Of a DNA stretch of 35,786 nt, positions 13,361-24,064 are shown piece after piece. The stretch is from Dirinaria sp. TL-2023a. Its lineage: Eukaryota. The stretch covers positions 1-35,786 of the forward strand of contig JAVEBF010000066.1 in assembly GCA_051941275.1 (NCBI GenBank). Direction: 5' to 3'. The position numbers and the translations under genes are program-made. Position 1 is the stretch's first letter, and the number at the start of each line of letters is the position of its first letter. Under the pieces are notes generated by a model that searched no databases, was not told the origin of the DNA, and saw only the letters and a program-made list of their open reading frames with translations.

Positions 13361-13808
13361 GGAAGTACGATCTCTTAGTGATACCATCTTCTGGCTTCCG
13401 ACTGCTTAGCTGGCAGTCCACCGATATGATCTCCATCTCAGACTCTACTTCGCATATCCTGAAAGTAACCTTGCAATGCAAACTTTGAATCTGATATTTG
13501 ACCTTATTGTTGGTCTCAGTTTGATGCTGATTGTTGTGATTATGAATGTATTAATGAAACCCCCTGTTTTGGAGATCACCCTCTCCAATGTTCCATGAAA
13601 CCGGTGTTCTACGACTTTACGACTTCACGGTTCAACACCAGCTATCACTGCAAATTGAGCACAACATGTGAAGATGTGTAAACGCGCTAACCAAGATCAA
13701 CGCGACATGTTTTGTTCAGTCGTAAAATGCATCACTTTGCTTGTCGATCATTGCTCAACACGCTTCAGCATTTGATACAATATAATATTGCAGTCATTCT
13801 AAATCAAA

Positions 13809-15218
13809 ATGAGTGCCAAAGATCGTTCATTGTCCAACAATCCCGAGTTCGACCCTGATATACTACAGTTTTCCGAACAAATATCATCATCCGATCGTGT
13901 ACAAGATCCAAGGCATCAGCCTCAAGCCATCACTTCGCAGTCTAGTATCTCTCGAACTTCCAACTCTTCGCGAGGTTTATATCGTCCACGAGATCAATCT
14001 CGAGCTGCCTTGTCGCGGTATATCACTTCTGAAATCAAACGCTTACAAGATCTACGTGCTCCACACAATCCAGATCGCCAGTCTCAATCTATCACATCGC
14101 AGTCTCCTATCTCTCAAACCCTCGATCCCTCACAAAGTGCACGCCATCCACGTGGTCAATCTCGAGCTGCTTCGTCGCGGTATATCACTTCTGAAGCCAG
14201 CCGTTTACGAGATCTACGCGTTTCACGCCGTTCACGCGGCGAATCTCGATCTACCATGTCACAGCATATCGCCTCTAAAGCTTTGCAAGGTCCAAGTGAT
14301 CAGTCTCAATCCACCATGTCACAGCAGACCACCTCTGAAGCTTTGGAAGGTCCAAGTGGCCAGTCTCAATTTACGATGTCGCAGCATATTGCACCTGGAG
14401 CTTCCATACCCCAATGGGGTTCAGGCTATATACGAGGTTCAGGCCGTTGGCGCGGTCAATCTCAACCTCTCTTGTCGCAGCATAGCGCGGCCGAACCCCT
14501 TAGACCTCAACGCGGTCGGGCTCGAACCCGATATCACCCCTATAGGGGCAAAGAATATCACGAACCCATTGCTCCTCATCTCCGAGCCGATCATGTCCCG
14601 AAGCGTCCGGTTCGATCAGCTTCACCAACGTTTCACTCCGAAGCCGCGACCTCTGACTCGACACTAGACCCACACGCCACAGCAGGCCTCTGCAACGAAA
14701 ACCCAGTCTTCTTCTGGGGCACTACAGACATCGTGCGGGCGTGCGAGGAAATGGAAACCTCTCCCCCGCTCCACTGCCTGCCGGCGCTCGCATGCCAGAA
14801 CACGAACGCTCATCCGGATCAACCGCATCTGGTCTGCCGCGCCTGCCACCAGCGCGCAGACATGCACATCCGCCTCACGAACCCGGCCCTGCTGGCCCAG
14901 AAATACGTCCCCATCTGCCAAGCCTGCAAGAATTTCTGGAGCGCTTCTCGACCTGCGCGCGGGGCCGTTGGCCGCGTTGAAGGGTGTGTGTGCTTCACCA
15001 ACGTCAACGGGGATAATTGGCAGTGTTTTGACTGCCGCGAGACGAGCCTGATGTTTGCTCAGGCGCGCTGGGAGGCCGAGAACGAGATGCATCCAAATGA
15101 GCTCCGCCACAGAATGAGGCCGCTGTGTCGCTGTGGGGGGCCCCTGAGGAAGGTCGGGGAGGCTGTCAGGTATTTCCAGTGCGTCGGTTGTGACGGACTT
15201 AAAGAGATGGCTGTCTGA
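13809..15218 (+). CDS. Hypothetical 469-aa protein: S/Q/R-rich repetitive N-terminus and Cys-rich C-terminal domain
   Basis: Uninterrupted ATG-to-TGA ORF with AAAATG start context. Four CxxC and two CxC motifs lie in the last ~130 aa. I recognise no named homolog. Confidence 0.7.
   Translation: MSAKDRSLSNNPEFDPDILQFSEQISSSDRVQDPRHQPQAITSQSSISRTSNSSRGLYRPRDQSRAALSRYITSEIKRLQDLRAPHNPDRQSQSITSQSPISQTLDPSQSARHPRGQSRAASSRYITSEASRLRDLRVSRRSRGESRSTMSQHIASKALQGPSDQSQSTMSQQTTSEALEGPSGQSQFTMSQHIAPGASIPQWGSGYIRGSGRWRGQSQPLLSQHSAAEPLRPQRGRARTRYHPYRGKEYHEPIAPHLRADHVPKRPVRSASPTFHSEAATSDSTLDPHATAGLCNENPVFFWGTTDIVRACEEMETSPPLHCLPALACQNTNAHPDQPHLVCRACHQRADMHIRLTNPALLAQKYVPICQACKNFWSASRPARGAVGRVEGCVCFTNVNGDNWQCFDCRETSLMFAQARWEAENEMHPNELRHRMRPLCRCGGPLRKVGEAVRYFQCVGCDGLKEMAV
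13901..14400 (+). repeat. Coding tandem repeats: two ~162-bp units (13901-14224), then ~2.7 60-bp units (14241-14400)
   Basis: caatctcgagctgc..gtcgcggtatatcacttctgaa recurs at 162-bp spacing; ..tctc.at..ac.atgtc.cagca recurs at 14241, 14301 and 14361. Confidence 0.85.
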
Positions 15219-16170
15219 GAGGCCGAATGCAAACGGAGAAGAAGGCTGCAACCGGGCCAGCCCGGAATACCAGGGAGCCAGATTCAAAGTTCGCAGGGGG
15301 GCCGACTCTTCATGGAGGAAAGGAAGAAACGTGAAATGAGAATGGGCAAGGGGTTTGTGCGGTCTGTTCACAATGCAGCCACTTTATACAAATATCTAAT
15401 GCTTTACACAGTCGATGGCCCCCTCTCTCCCACACACACACACGCAAAAGAAAGAAAGAAGAAATACGGATCAGAACCCACTCTTTCCGCTGCCGCCGTT
15501 ATTTCTCTCGGAATTCAAGTGCGTTCGGTATGTCCCATTTCCGTACCACATTTAATGTCGAATCAGCTAACGATTTATACATACAACCAGGTCGAGCGAT
15601 GACCGAATCCCTCTCTCTCTCTCTCTCGCGCAAGAATGAAGAGATAAGAGTATCAACAAGATTAGAACTTTCGATTTTTTACCCACACCCCTTCCTTCTA
15701 TTTCTTAACCTTCGAAAATTTTTCCCGCTTCTTTTTTTTTTTTTTTTATCATCCCAGCAGCTATGTACATTAATCGAATCCCGGCGGTACATTAGCCAAC
15801 CAGCACTTTTTTTTTAAAAATTGCGGGGAATTAGTTTTAGGACTTTTGTTACGCTTTTTCTTTCTCTTGTGATCCATCCGTATCTGAAGATCGAAACTGC
15901 GAGAGCAAAGATGGTAATTCTATGGATTGGTGATTGATTGATTGCGTTCCCTCGTTGTCGGCTCTGCTTGCCTAAGGTACCCACCTATAGAACATACGTA
16001 CCTGCCTACCTACCTGACTAAAGTATGTAAGACGATGCGCATCATCAGCGTAGAAATAGATAAGTAGTAATTAAATACCTACTTAACGGCGATCTCACAC
16101 GATTTTGCCTATGCTATGCTATGCTATTTCATGATAATTCGAAATAAAGAGAGAAAGAAAAGTGTGAAAA

Positions 16171-18274
16171 TCATCCCGCGAACCCAGCAGCACCTCTGGC
16201 CATTTTCCGCGCTCGCTGGTCCCGCCGATTATGGTTCGCTCGAGAGCTTTTGCTCGCGTCTTTCCTGCGCCTGGCTAGGAATTCCGTGGTGGTCCCGCCG
16301 CCGGGGGCATTATCGCCTCCTCCTCCTCTTCGGTTGCCGCCTCGGCCTCTTCCTCGGCCTCTACCCCTGAAGCTTGCGCTTCCTCCTTCTCGGTCTCTAT
16401 CATCCGGATCTGCCTCTTCTTCGTCTTCAGTGGCTGTTCGTGAGCCAGCGGGGCTCTGTTCCCTCCAAGCCGTGCGCTGTAATCCCCTCTGCTGCGCACC
16501 GCTCGCCAGACTAAATTTCGCTTCTAGTCTCTTCAGTCTTTGCGGCTCTCTCTGCAGCATCGTCGCCCAGCCCTCGATCGCCTCGTCCGTCCATCCGGTA
16601 TCGTTTCTGAGCCCGGCTCGGGCTTGGCTTCTTCGTGTCGCGGCGTCTCTGCCGAAGAGCTCGGGCGACATTTTCCATGCTTGCCATAGCGTTTCTTCGT
16701 GCGCTTCTTGCTTTAGCGCTGCAGCGTCCATGGTATCGTCGCTTGTGCCTGGTAATGCGGAGTCCACGGTGCCGCCTACGTCTTCGACGTCGTAGGTATC
16801 GTCGCGTTCGTCGTCGTCCGAGTCGAATGCTGCGAGCGCGGACAGGATGGCGGCTTTGTTGGAGGTGGATGCGGAGGCGGCGAGGAGGGTGTCTGCTGTC
16901 TTGCTTTCGTCGGTTTTGCGGCCGTAGTGCACTTGTGATGGGGAGATGGCAAGCCTTGAAAAGTCGTCGCCGTCGAATATTGTACGGCGAGTGGATGCTG
17001 CTTTGGGCGCTGGAGAGGGTGGTGGGGTCGCACGGGGAGCCAGATCGAATGTTTTCTCGGGCGTTTCTACGTGTGTCATTTGAGGTCTGGATCTGTGTTA
17101 GTCGGAAAGTAGTCGAGGCAAGAGTTTGAACATACATGTCCTCCGTCCGGTCCGCTTCCTTTAGGTGTGGGGGCAAAATATCGTCTAAGAGATGAGCCGT
17201 CACTTGCTCTGGGTCATCGTCATATTCATCTAATAATTTGATAATGAAAGCGGTCCCCAGGTTGGGAAACAAATCTTGAAGCTGAGATATCTGGCTTGAT
17301 CTATGCACATGCACATTGCCAAGCGCACCGTGACCAAAGGCCTCGCTGCTTTTGGCTTTGCCCTTGTCGACCTTGGATTTGGTGATTTTCTTTAGTTTCC
17401 CATCAAGGCGGTTTTCAAAAACGTCTAATTGAGCCATCAGAGGTTGAGCCCTTGCAGCATCTGGACCGGACAATTGTGATCGGACCCTTGATAGAAATGG
17501 AGTGCTCGAACACAATGCTTCGAGTAGGGAGTTGCCAGATGCATTGCTTTTCAGTCCATACATCTGATCGATCAGTGTAGACACTCGTGGCTTGGCAGGC
17601 TCTAGCAGGCTGATCAGGCATAAGTACGCGGTAGTGACGATCTTTTTTTGAAGGTCTTCGGCAACATGTGAGTACGTGGTGTTTAAAGCATCTATGAAGT
17701 CTGAACCAGCCATCAAGAATTGGGCGTAGTAAAAAGAGGTCTTCAGGATAGCAACAGTACGTAAGAGCATAGCGTCAACTTTTGGGGCAGGCTTCTTCCT
17801 GCTGGCGTCTAAGGCCTCGATCAGAGACATCTTCCTCGATGCAAAAGACGGAGAGACAGCTTCCATGTCTACAGCACCCCAAACCTTGCCCAAAAGGGCT
17901 TTCAAAGCCGTACTTTTGCCGTAAAGGACACAGAGGTCTTCTGCAAAGGCAACATCAAGGAGCTGAGAGGGAACGTTTGCGACATCCGTCAATGTTCGGT
18001 GTGCTAACAAGAACGCCTTGGACCTTAGCTCTCGACCTTTTTCGGTATAATTTGCCTGACCATAGGCAGAAGTGGACATTTCACGCATGTAAGATACAAG
18101 AAAATCCGTCAGTGAAGTGTCCTTCCTGACTTTGCTGACGAAAATGTTCTGGGGTAAGAGAAGATATTGACGAATAAGAAGAAGCCATGAGTCGAAGCAC
18201 GCCTCCAGTTCTTCGGGCAATAGTTGCTTCAGCAGGTTTGTTGGTGGATAGCGAGCAAACGATGGTAAAGACAT
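16171..18274 (-). CDS. CUE3: CUE-domain protein, Cue3/ASCC2-like (ribosome quality-control trigger subunit); exons 18274-17136, 17086-16171
   Basis: CUE domain ISQLQDLFPNLGTAFIIKLLDEYDDDPEQVTAHLL, acidic DSDDDERDDTYD, and C-terminal SRANHNRRDQRARKMARG. GT-AG intron 17135-17087 joins the two ORFs. Confidence 0.82.
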
Positions 18275-18663
18275 CTTGCAGTGCTAGAATCCTTGGCTCG
18301 TCTTTTCGGATTTACTGAGGAACAATTATTACAGGATGCTTGTTAAGAGGCTTACTTATAAATCTTATGAAATGGGAGGTGACCACTTACATACTTGAGT
18401 ACAAGATTGAGAAATGAAGATGTAAGAAAGTGAACCCTCGGAAGCAAACCGATACACGCTAATTTTCCCCGCTAGATCAAATCAAGCTAGTCTCAGATAA
18501 GCGAATAGCAAGATCCTGAGATCCACAATCTTAAAAGTACAGAAACGGAATTATCACAACTTCATCCGCTCAGTCCTTAGCTTTCAACCCACAACAGCCT
18601 TTCATCACCTTACCGAACTTCGCCGTTCAGGTCGTGATTGGCAACAGATTACCTTCTATATCT

Positions 18664-18690
18664 CCGAAACCGAAACCGAAACCGAAACCG
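18664..18690 (+). repeat. (CCGAAA)4.5 microsatellite just upstream of the RPS20 ATG
   Basis: ccgaaaccgaaaccgaaaccgaaaccg read directly. Confidence 0.9.
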
Positions 18691-18699
18691 GTTCTTACA

Positions 18700-19205
18700 A
18701 TGTCGTATCAGAAACCAGAGAAAGATTACGGCGAAGGCCCGGTAAACCCTTACCTTGCGGTGCTACATAAACCACCCCGCTAATCACATCATATCGGAAG
18801 AAAATCCACAAAATCCGCATCACCCTCACATCGCGTAAAGTCCAATCCCTCGAGAAAGTCTGCCAAGAGTTGATCGAGCGCGCCAAAACCAAGGACCTCC
18901 GCGTCAAGGGCCCAGTGCGCTTGCCCACCAAGAGCTTGAAGGTGACCACCCGGAAGACACCTTGCGGTGAGGGGAGTAAAACGTGGGATACGTACGAGAT
19001 GAGGATTCACAAGCGCTTGATTGAGTGAGTGACTTTGATTGCCGTTGCGAACCACAAAAATCCCTGGATACGGACAAATTGTCCTTGCAGCGCTGCGAAA
19101 CGGCGTCTAATACTTTGTAGTCTGAATGCACCCACCGAGGTCGTCAAGCAGATCATCATCAACATCGAAGCTGGAGTGGAGGTCGAGGTTACCATTGCTG
19201 CTTGA
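18700..19205 (+). CDS. RPS20: 40S ribosomal protein S20 (uS10); exons 18700-18741, 18801-19024, 19121-19205
   Basis: [74 protein letters not shown]. Confidence 0.97.
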
Positions 19206-19394
19206 GGATTTACTGGAGAAATCTAGAATAGAACTTCAGAATCGCAAAAAGGGTTCTATTCCGCCTTTGCTTGAGACATCAGCGTCCCAGATTCTACTTG
19301 ATCCTAATGCTCTTACATGACACACGGATGTAGAGCCCATTGAAATACAACACCTGTATAATCATTTCTCTCGAATCAAGTACAAGAGGAAAGC

Positions 19395-21320
19395 TCAAAA
19401 ATCCCATTTGCACCACGCCCTCTTTGGAGCAAGGGTGGGCATAATCCCATCCTTAAACATACCATGCTGCCTCATGTGTTGATAGCTATCTATTGTTCGT
19501 TGGTCGTATGCCGAGTCTGGTACTTCGATCGCTTTCGACAGGACCGGCGGGCCGTCTGGAAACGATACTTTCTCCCAGGCTCCATCGCCTGCTCGAAAAC
19601 ACGGTTCGTTGTCGATGTAAGTGATTGGCATGCCTCGCCATGTTTGTAGCTTTCCTTGCGCGTCTCGCGTAGCAGGGACTTGCGCGTTGCCATTAGTAGA
19701 CTGAAGCGCTGCACCTTGCTTTGCTCCCATAGCAGACGAGGGTGCGGCGCGTTGTCCAAATTCATTTCCTGGGCCATTCGTGGGTTGCATCATGGCGCTG
19801 GGAGCCTGCGTAGATGCCTGTCCCAATGAATTGGCCGACGTAGCAGACTGCCCGAAGGTGCTGATAGGCTGGCTCGTTGCTGGTTTCCCAAACGGGTTTG
19901 CCGCAGTTGAAGTCGTCCCAGAACTCGAGTTTCTTGCTGGCTGCGATGGCTGACCAAATGGATTTGCAGTTGCGGTGGAAGGTTGGCCGAAGCCAGTAGG
20001 TTGAGAAGGCGCAGCTGGCTGGCCAAAAGTACTCGTCTGCGTTTGGGTTGGTAATTGGCCAAAAGGAGATTTTTGGTTCGACGCTAATGTTGATGGTGTG
20101 CCAAACGCTGGCGTGGGTCTCTGTGCAAAAAGCGGTGGTGCTGAAGGCTGACCCATCGAGGTCTGGCTAAAACCAGAAGTTGGTACAGATGTCTGTCCGA
20201 AAGTCGATAGAGGATTACTAGCTTTACCGAACGCTGGAGCCTGTGCTGATGTTTGACCGAAGCTCGCGCTTGGCTGACCAAAAGTTGCTTGTGATTGACC
20301 TAGCTGTGTTGGTTGACCAAATGAAGAAGGGTTCGAAGATGCTGGAACGGGCTGGCCAAAGGGTGACGGCCGTGAACCGATAGTGGACGGCTGACCGAAT
20401 CCAATACTCGTTCGAGGCTGGCCGAATGGCGTCGATTGCTCCCCGGTACTAAGACCTGGCTTATTCAACGTAGACGAGGGCTGACCGGAACCTTGGGACA
20501 GCGACTGAGATCCAACGGAAACCGGATGGGCACCTCCTTTGGATTTGCAAATATCGATACGATTAGGATGCTCATTCTCTCCGTTGATCATGAACTTGAT
20601 CGCGCCCTCAACATCGTTAAGAGCAGTGCGAATTTGCTGTTCGGCACTGTTGAACCAACCTTGAGCTTCTTGTACCGCTTGCTGTGCATTTCCAGTAGCG
20701 GCCAGCTCATAATGGCGAAGCCGAAGCTCTTCAAAGCTCTGCTCGCGCGGGTAGCCTCCAAACAGCTGAATAGGCAACTCTCTCTCTGGCGCATATGCAG
20801 AAAGAATGTAAAGAGGGCGGTCTTCTTTAAGGTCGGTGACGATTCTCTTTTTATCAAGTTTGTACCTATCAAATAAGCATCGTACCCTCATCGAGGGTGG
20901 AGTGTTCTTACGGGGTAGAATCGCGACCTTGAGAGAAGCCTGAAACTTCTTTGATTAGCTTATCAAGACGTTTGTTGACAGCCATTATCCTTGATAGCTT
21001 TTCAGGGTGGGATGGCCGATGGTGACTTTTAAGAAATCATCAAGGAAATAGTACATTTTAAAGGAGCAAAGGAGCTAGTTCAACAGAGGTAGAGTAAATA
21101 TTTACCACGTGACGAGTATCCCTGCCGAAGGCTGCTTGTATTTTGCAGCGGTCCAAAGGGGTTTCGGGAATTGATTGGAGCGTTCGCCTGTGCTGGGTGC
21201 TCGTTTTTGCACCGGTCTAGTCATCAATCAGTAGTGTCGAGTTACCTCAGATGGACTGTAGATAGGGTTCCAACCTCCAAATTTGCAATTACCTTGCAGG
21301 TAGAAGCGGCACACAGTCAT
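19395..21320 (-). CDS. AMO1: CCCH zinc-finger FG-repeat nucleoporin, Amo1/Nup42/CG1-like; exons 21320-21275, 21216-21106, 20939-20912, 20865-19395
   Basis: N-terminal [33 protein letters not shown], many FGQP repeats, and C-terminal FKDGIMPTLAPKRAWCKWDF. Confidence 0.85.
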
Positions 21321-21870
21321 TTTGAAAGGCTTGTCTACAGTTTCTTTTCCCTCTAAACCCGTCTAATAGTATCCAAGATGTATACGTGGAAAAGGCCCGC
21401 AAGTAATGCAAAATAATATCTCGTCAACCAATAAATCTACCATATATAAAAACAAGATTTCGATTCGTCGAAGCCGAATTACGACCAAGAAGCACATAGA
21501 ATTGGAGTAGTCATCACCTTGGTGTTGCCTGCTTTTAGTGTACACGCTGTGGACTGTAGCAAGATGTTTTGGACCACAGTTGAGTCTTACATACCAGTGT
21601 TAATTAGTCACGTGATTACGTGGCTGTCACGTGTCTTATCGAAAAAGTAGCAAGCCGCGACCAGTGGTGTCATCCCTGAAATGCATTGGAAGTCAGCATA
21701 AGTAGGCAAATTCGAAATAGAAAGAAGTACATGTAGATTAATTGCAAAATGAATGCTCAATTTGTCACATAGAAAGGTGGTGGCTTGACGGTATAGACAC
21801 AGTGTTTTACTCATTTGGGAAAAAAAAAAAAGTATATATATATAATTATTGGGACAAGTCTTCCTAAGGT

Positions 21871-21991
21871 TACCACGTAGCAAGGTGGTGGTGTAGCGGT
21901 AAAGTTCCGCGAATACTTTGGAGTTCCATCGTCTCACACCCACCCTATACGGATGCACCACTTTTTGCAGGTTCAAATCCTGATGTGGGCA
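21871..21991 (+). ncRNA. tRNA-like Pol III element (atypical ncRNA or tRNA pseudogene)
   Basis: A-box-like TAGCAAGGTGG (21878) and TGGTGTAGCGG (~21889). B box GGTTCAAATCC (21970-21980) sits in a CAGG/CCTG T-arm. CCACG/TGTGG acceptor-like pairing and a T-rich tract (21996-22015) are present. I found no clean cloverleaf by eye. Confidence 0.5.
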
Positions 21992-22777
21992 AACCTTTAT
22001 TTTATTTTATTTTTTCCCGCTATCTCTATTTGATCTCTAATGACGGGCAATTTCACTCTATTACTTCTTCTAACAACTATATTCAGGCACAGATCATAGA
22101 TGTATAGCATTTCAGAAGGCCGTACGCATACCCTGTATGGGTCCCATCAGATCCTAAGGCACTTTTCTCGGAATCATAACGGGTCGAATGCTAAAAGATC
22201 GAAGTCAACCAATTACCCACCGCACATGAGAACAGTTGGACATCATCAACTCCCTTCAGTTCCACAGTGATATGCAAACAGAGGCAGATATTGGTGACAG
22301 CTTCAAATAGTCATTTGAGTATCGGATTGGTAACTGTAACATGAATGCGCTCCAGTCTCTATTTTCTCCATCTAAGAGTCATGCTGCGCAATGCATCGGG
22401 CAACCTACAAGAGCTAACAAAAGCATCCAAGATGCTAGCTTCTCATAAGGGTCCTATTGCTGTCGCTCCGCCACTTGTCATCAGACGACCGTTATCCATA
22501 ATCCTGGCAATTGCCCTCCAGGTGTGGCACTATTGTAGACAGCTTCCAAAGCTAGTAGCTCAAGCAGCTCGTATTTGGCTATCGCGAAATGGCCTTCATC
22601 TTCAGGAAGAATCTAGTCAGCTGCTAAGTAGTCGTAGAGGAGTTGTCAAGCCTCCCTTGTGATTGCAGCAAGATTGCTGCTAGATACATAGCTTCACAGG
22701 ATCTGTTGAATCAGTTGCTCAGCGCAGATGTGAAAGACCATTAGGGACGCGAACGGCTGGATAGGCCTGAAACAATA

Positions 22778-23851
22778 TTAAGTCTGCATCTGGAATGCGA
22801 TGCCGTTCTGATTTGAGGTTTGCTCCACAATACTCGTCAATTTTGCCCAGTTCAGACCATTGATTGAACGGTCGCGGTGCAATTCGCTCTCATTGTGAAT
22901 GTGATTGAATCGGCCTGTAGCAAGCGATCTCATGGTAAGAGTATCCGCCGCTCCTTGGAAGTTCTTCCCTTCCTCTTCTCCAAGATATTTTTCCAGCCAC
23001 GTTTCTTCTACCTCGGTGAATGGTAATGTAATGAGCTCCACGCTTCGAGACTCTCTTTCGGCTCCCTGCGATTGAGCAAATACGAATTTGACAAGACGTC
23101 TTAACAATTTGCTATGGATGATTTCGCCCTTAGCGCGTGAGAATTGATAGGCCTCGCTGATACTTGAGTGACAGAGTACGTCAAAGAACGCCTCTAATGT
23201 CTCACCGGATGTGATCGATACCGGTACCGAGTGGTAGTAGGCCAAGGGTAGAGAGGTATCATTCTCAGTAGAGTGTTTACAGAGAGTGTATAGTATGTCT
23301 TGGGGAAAAGTCGGGGTTAGAGAGGGTTCTGTGAGAAAGCTCAGCGCCCTCTTATTTTACAGTAAGTAAATGATCATCCAGATCCATGTAATAGTAGGGG
23401 CTAACCTCGAACTTAAGGCGATCGAAAAACCAGAGTCCATCCACGAGGGTTTTATAGGTGTTCGGTAACAGGGAAGATTGCGCATAATCTTCAGCTCTGC
23501 GAGTCTCGAGAACCTGTCGAAGGTCTCTCAGTAGATAGTAGAGCAGAGACTGCTTATGATGGTCTGGCGAGTGGCTTTTGACGATCGCTGCATGGAGTTC
23601 TCTCAACCCTCGATTCAAGCTGGGAGGATAAAATTTACGAGCTCCAGAACTAGATCAGTTGCAGTCCAGGTTGATATGCGAGGGTTCTTGCACTCACGGT
23701 CTTGTATACCCAGTGCTCGAAGCAAGCGGTCGACGAACAATTCACCTTCTAACGAACGGCGGTGGTGTCTGATTCGTTTACTCTCATCGTCAGGATAAGC
23801 CACATCAGCTTCGCCGTTAAAGATTTGGTCGAAGTCCTCAATTAAGTCCAT
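22778..23851 (-). CDS. ELYS-like nuclear pore assembly protein; exons 23851-23698, 23641-23406, 23350-22778 (first junction uncertain)
   Basis: LFVDRLL, FYPP..LRELH, HHKQSLLYYLLRD, DGLWFFDRLKFERALSFLTEPSL and LPFTEVEETWLEKYL resemble small fungal ELYS-domain proteins. Confidence 0.78.
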
Positions 23852-24064
23852 TTCAGTTTCACGTCAGTAACGTTACCGGTTAAGGTAGAGCATCTTCAAT
23901 CTCTCCCTCGGCTCGAAGCGGCTCCAAGGAAGGAAGGCCGCGGGCAGTTGCCAAGCTCCCGCACTAATCTACATTTGGCGTAAACACTGCATAAGGTACC
24001 TGTAAACAGTCGCGTTCATCCGCACGCAAATAATTTCAGTCCATAGACTGATCAAAGAGCAGCA
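23852..24064. promoter_or_regulatory. 213-bp divergent promoter shared by the ELYS-like gene and SMC4
   Basis: Head-to-head ATGs. Forkhead consensus GTAAACA at 23980 and 24002; MCB-like TCGCGTT at 24010. Confidence 0.6.

Noticed and set aside
13813..15371. Overlapping 284-aa (+) and 235-aa (-) ORFs on the orphan gene
   Set aside because: The first starts at GTG and runs through repeats that propagate the lack of stops. The second is antisense to a GC-rich segment. Neither has recognisable motifs.
16511..17135. Arg-rich alternative C-terminus of the Cue3-like protein through intron retention (587-aa ORF)
   Set aside because: The conserved C-terminal motifs are in the spliced frame. The open frame is explained by GC-rich codon usage.
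21363..21594. Possible 5'-UTR intron of the Amo1-like gene hosting a C/D snoRNA (GTGATGA on the minus strand)
   Set aside because: There is no downstream CTGA D box and only a weak branch site.
21899..21970. Possible spliceosomal intron (GTAAAG..TTTTTGCAG) inside the tRNA-like element
   Set aside because: There is no good, well-placed branch site, and removing it gives no recognisable RNA or ORF.
21966..21984. TGCAGGTTCAAATCCTG resembles the tRNA-Sec anticodon arm (TTCA)
   Set aside because: The loop register fits a T-loop/B box, the rest of a tRNA-Sec is absent, and ascomycetes are not known to use selenocysteine.
22345..22662. 105-aa ORF between the tRNA-like element and the ELYS-like gene
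   Set aside because: No motif or other coding evidence; probably a chance ORF.
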